This document shows positions 61,601 to 64,000 of a stretch of DNA of 64,000 nt, one piece after another. Origin of the DNA: Schmidtea polychroa (taxonomy: Eukaryota); assembly GCA_044892525.1 (NCBI GenBank), contig CM097885.1:112344001-112408000 (forward strand), given 5' to 3'. Numbering within the stretch: the first letter of the stretch is position 1; each line of letters starts with the position of its first letter. The notes beneath the pieces are model-generated. The model made no database searches and was not told the origin of the DNA. It saw only the letters and a list, made by a program, of their open reading frames with translations. The translations under genes were made by a program, and so were the position numbers.

Positions 61601-63614
61601 ACCCATTTTTCTGTATTAGGTCATTTTTACTGCTAATTCGATTTTAAAGAAATCCTTAGAAAGTCGGAAATCAGACATGTGATTTCAACAAGAACTTTGT
61701 ATTTCTTAACATATTATTTCAAAAAGTTATAAAAACTAATGTTTTTCAGCATCATTGTTACAAATTCATGGCTTGAACTTGAGTTTCTTGGAACTCCTGT
61801 GTAATATCAGTTCAGTACACCAGTGTAAACATGAGGTACTCATCATGGCTACTTCGGTAGAATATGATACGAGCACTATGAGAAAAGAGGTTTCTGTCCT
61901 TCAGTCTCGATGCCAACAGCTCAGCATTCGATTTTGACAAGCTGAGATCACGAACAAGGTCATTAAGCTCATGTTGAGAGATCGGATGTGGAGCGTCATC
62001 GGCAGGAACAAATTCTTCTTCTTCATCTTCTTCAACACTGGAATTCTTCATCGCTCATGTCGGGAAGAACATGAAATACAGACTCTGGAATCTCATCTCA
62101 GTGGTGCATAGGGCGACGTGCTGATTCCAGATCAGGATATTTGAGGCAGCTTCGGTTTTTCTTGTTTATTCCAGTTACATCAATGGCACAGAAGTAACAG
62201 TCAGTTGCATGGTTGAGAGGTTCTCTCCAAACCATAGGGATTCCAAATTTAAAAGAACTCTTTTTTCCTTTGGTCCATTGACTACGATGTTCTATGCAGG
62301 TTTTGCATATAATGTGAGGTACCCAAAGTTTCTTTTGATCATCCAGCTTCATACCGAAATATGAATGATAAACACGCTTTACAAAGTTGGTGAATGGGTT
62401 CCTGTTAGCAATAAAGGTGTATTCACCACAGATCTAGCAAAATACATCATTTTTATTTTTACAAGATATTCTACCTTAAGCTATCTTTTCACTGCAACAA
62501 TAATAGAATAAATAAATGAACCAACTAGAATCTAGAGTTAAAAACGCATAGATATCTCACTTACTATTATATCAATGGCAAACAGACAGGTAAAAAGTTC
62601 ATGTTTTCCTGCATTTCTGGAATACATATCTGGCAGTATGACATGGGTGAGATGGTATAACAAACGAAGAATCTAACTTTGATAAAAATTCTTTAAAATT
62701 TTTTAATTCCAAAAAAGATGTTGTTTCAACAATCATCTTATATAATAGATCCTAGGCATCTTTATTTTTGGTCATTTCATCTAACACAATATTATGTTTC
62801 GATGCAATATGATTGTTATTTTTCGTTTCATTTTAAGGGATAAATTAAATCTTTTATTAATAATAAATTCAATAAATTATTATTAATAAATTATTGTTAA
62901 CCTATAATTAATTTATTCATTACTTTTTCATTATATTTTAAATTAAAATCAAAAAAAATTATAACTTTATTTTTTCGTAAAATATTTATATCTGTATTTT
63001 CGATTCACTCGGATATCTTTCCTCATTAAAATATATACATTAAATTAGCTTCGGCCTAAAAGATATAAAAAAGTAAAGATTTTTGATAAAAAAATTAATT
63101 AAAATTAATATTATAAGAATTTCTTTCAATTTTCATCTCTGATTTCTTTTCAATTGACATTGTATTTATTTAAATTAAATTTTTAATTTAAAACATCATA
63201 CTTTAAAAACTTTTTTAATTCATATTTAATATGATTATAAGAACTTTTATCAATTTTCACCTCTTATTTCTTTTCAATTGGTATTGTATTTATTAAAAAA
63301 TTGATTATGAATCAGTAGTTTGGTTATTAAAAAGAAAATTATATTTAGGTTTATTTTGAAAATATTCTCGGTGGGGGTGTTCTGAGTCGCCTTGTCAATT
63401 CAGCAACAAATTCTATTCTTCGACCATTGTTTGAGATGAAAAAAATTGATTTCGAAAATAGAATCAGAATAATCATTTTGAGAAAACTGCAAAATGAATT
63501 AAGTAAGTTTTCTTACCGTCATTTTAATTTAAAATGTATATCAAATGAAACTAAATTGTGATTTTGAACTTATTATATCGTGAAGAATCCGATTTTCATC
63601 GTACCTTACCATGA
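58602..63614 (+). CDS. Host secreted Takeout/JHBP-like (TULIP-fold) lipid-binding protein, multi-exon
   Basis: Signal-peptide exon, DIPKMDPLKI, LSLTGLSNF..ADINTLKIKV.L.F.EL.ISGKY.LD, IPIFGKGN, VYFENILGGG..; GT-AG phases are consistent. The gaps may hide exons. Confidence 0.75.
61511..62640 (-). mobile_element. Internally deleted Chapaev3-like (CMC) DNA transposon in a JHBP intron
   Basis: DVFC*ICGEY..KLDDQKK.WVPHIICKTC..FGIPMVWREPLNHATDCYFC..YPDLESARRP; CACTG terminus at 61511. Family assignment is from memory of this motif set. Confidence 0.6.
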
Positions 63615-63659
63615 GACCAAGAAATTGGTCGTTTTTATGTTCTAAAGGAGCTTTAAAGA

Positions 63660-63950
63660 TATTTTGTAACAGAAATTATTTTTGATTTTCCAATAATTCA
63701 CGTGGTACCCTTTTCTAGAGCATCTTTGTATTTCCGATTTGTTAAAGGTGATCTAAAACAGCTGATTCATTCATAACCTCTGCAACCATTATATGCAGAT
63801 TTGTTTCAAGTGTTCGTCGTTATTATACTCAGATTATCTAATCTTTAAAGTTCTCATCTGTATTATAGAATATCTAAATGTGTCATTGTCAGTGGCTCCT
63901 GGACCAAATGTATTGTTGATATTACGAGCTATTTTCTCTTTTTTATAATC
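63660..63950 (-). pseudogene. Mariner transposase N-terminal remnant
   Basis: IARNINNTFGPGAT and DHL.QIG..K.LEK.VP.EL (WVPHEL-like). Confidence 0.7.
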
Positions 63951-64000
63951 CATATTGAAGAGTTACAAGAAAATTCCTAGTGTTCACTTTGTTCTTTCAT

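Overview
AT-rich animal genomic scaffold with several N gaps. The host is a ciliated metazoan whose genes have very short (about 42-54 nt) GT-AG introns; the species cannot be identified from the sequence. Bases 1-9059 are the right half of a Polinton/Maverick (adintovirus-like) element: major capsid C-terminus, adenain protease, a 4-exon acidic accessory gene, repeat arrays, protein-primed PolB carrying one 5-nt frameshift, and a repeat-rich terminus ending in ACTACT. Bases ~10460-16600 are a second, diverged and decayed Polinton: pX-like gene, chromodomain integrase, penton, a PW/MCP deletion fusion interrupted by a hAT element, and a protease. Main observation: both Polintons appear to carry spliceosomal micro-introns (34-47 nt, similar to host introns) in core viral genes. 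One intron sits at the same position in the two diverged protease genes, one lies in the integrase catalytic motif, and three are in the accessory gene. All introns are predicted from sequence only. The rest of the window holds host genes (GDP-mannose 4,6-dehydratase, CFAP100, a Takeout/JHBP-like gene), a PRMT1 retro-pseudogene, an intact Buster-type hAT transposon, and many decayed TEs (Gypsy LTRs, Penelope with a candidate hammerhead, Tc1/mariner, pogo, piggyBac, Chapaev-like, MITEs).
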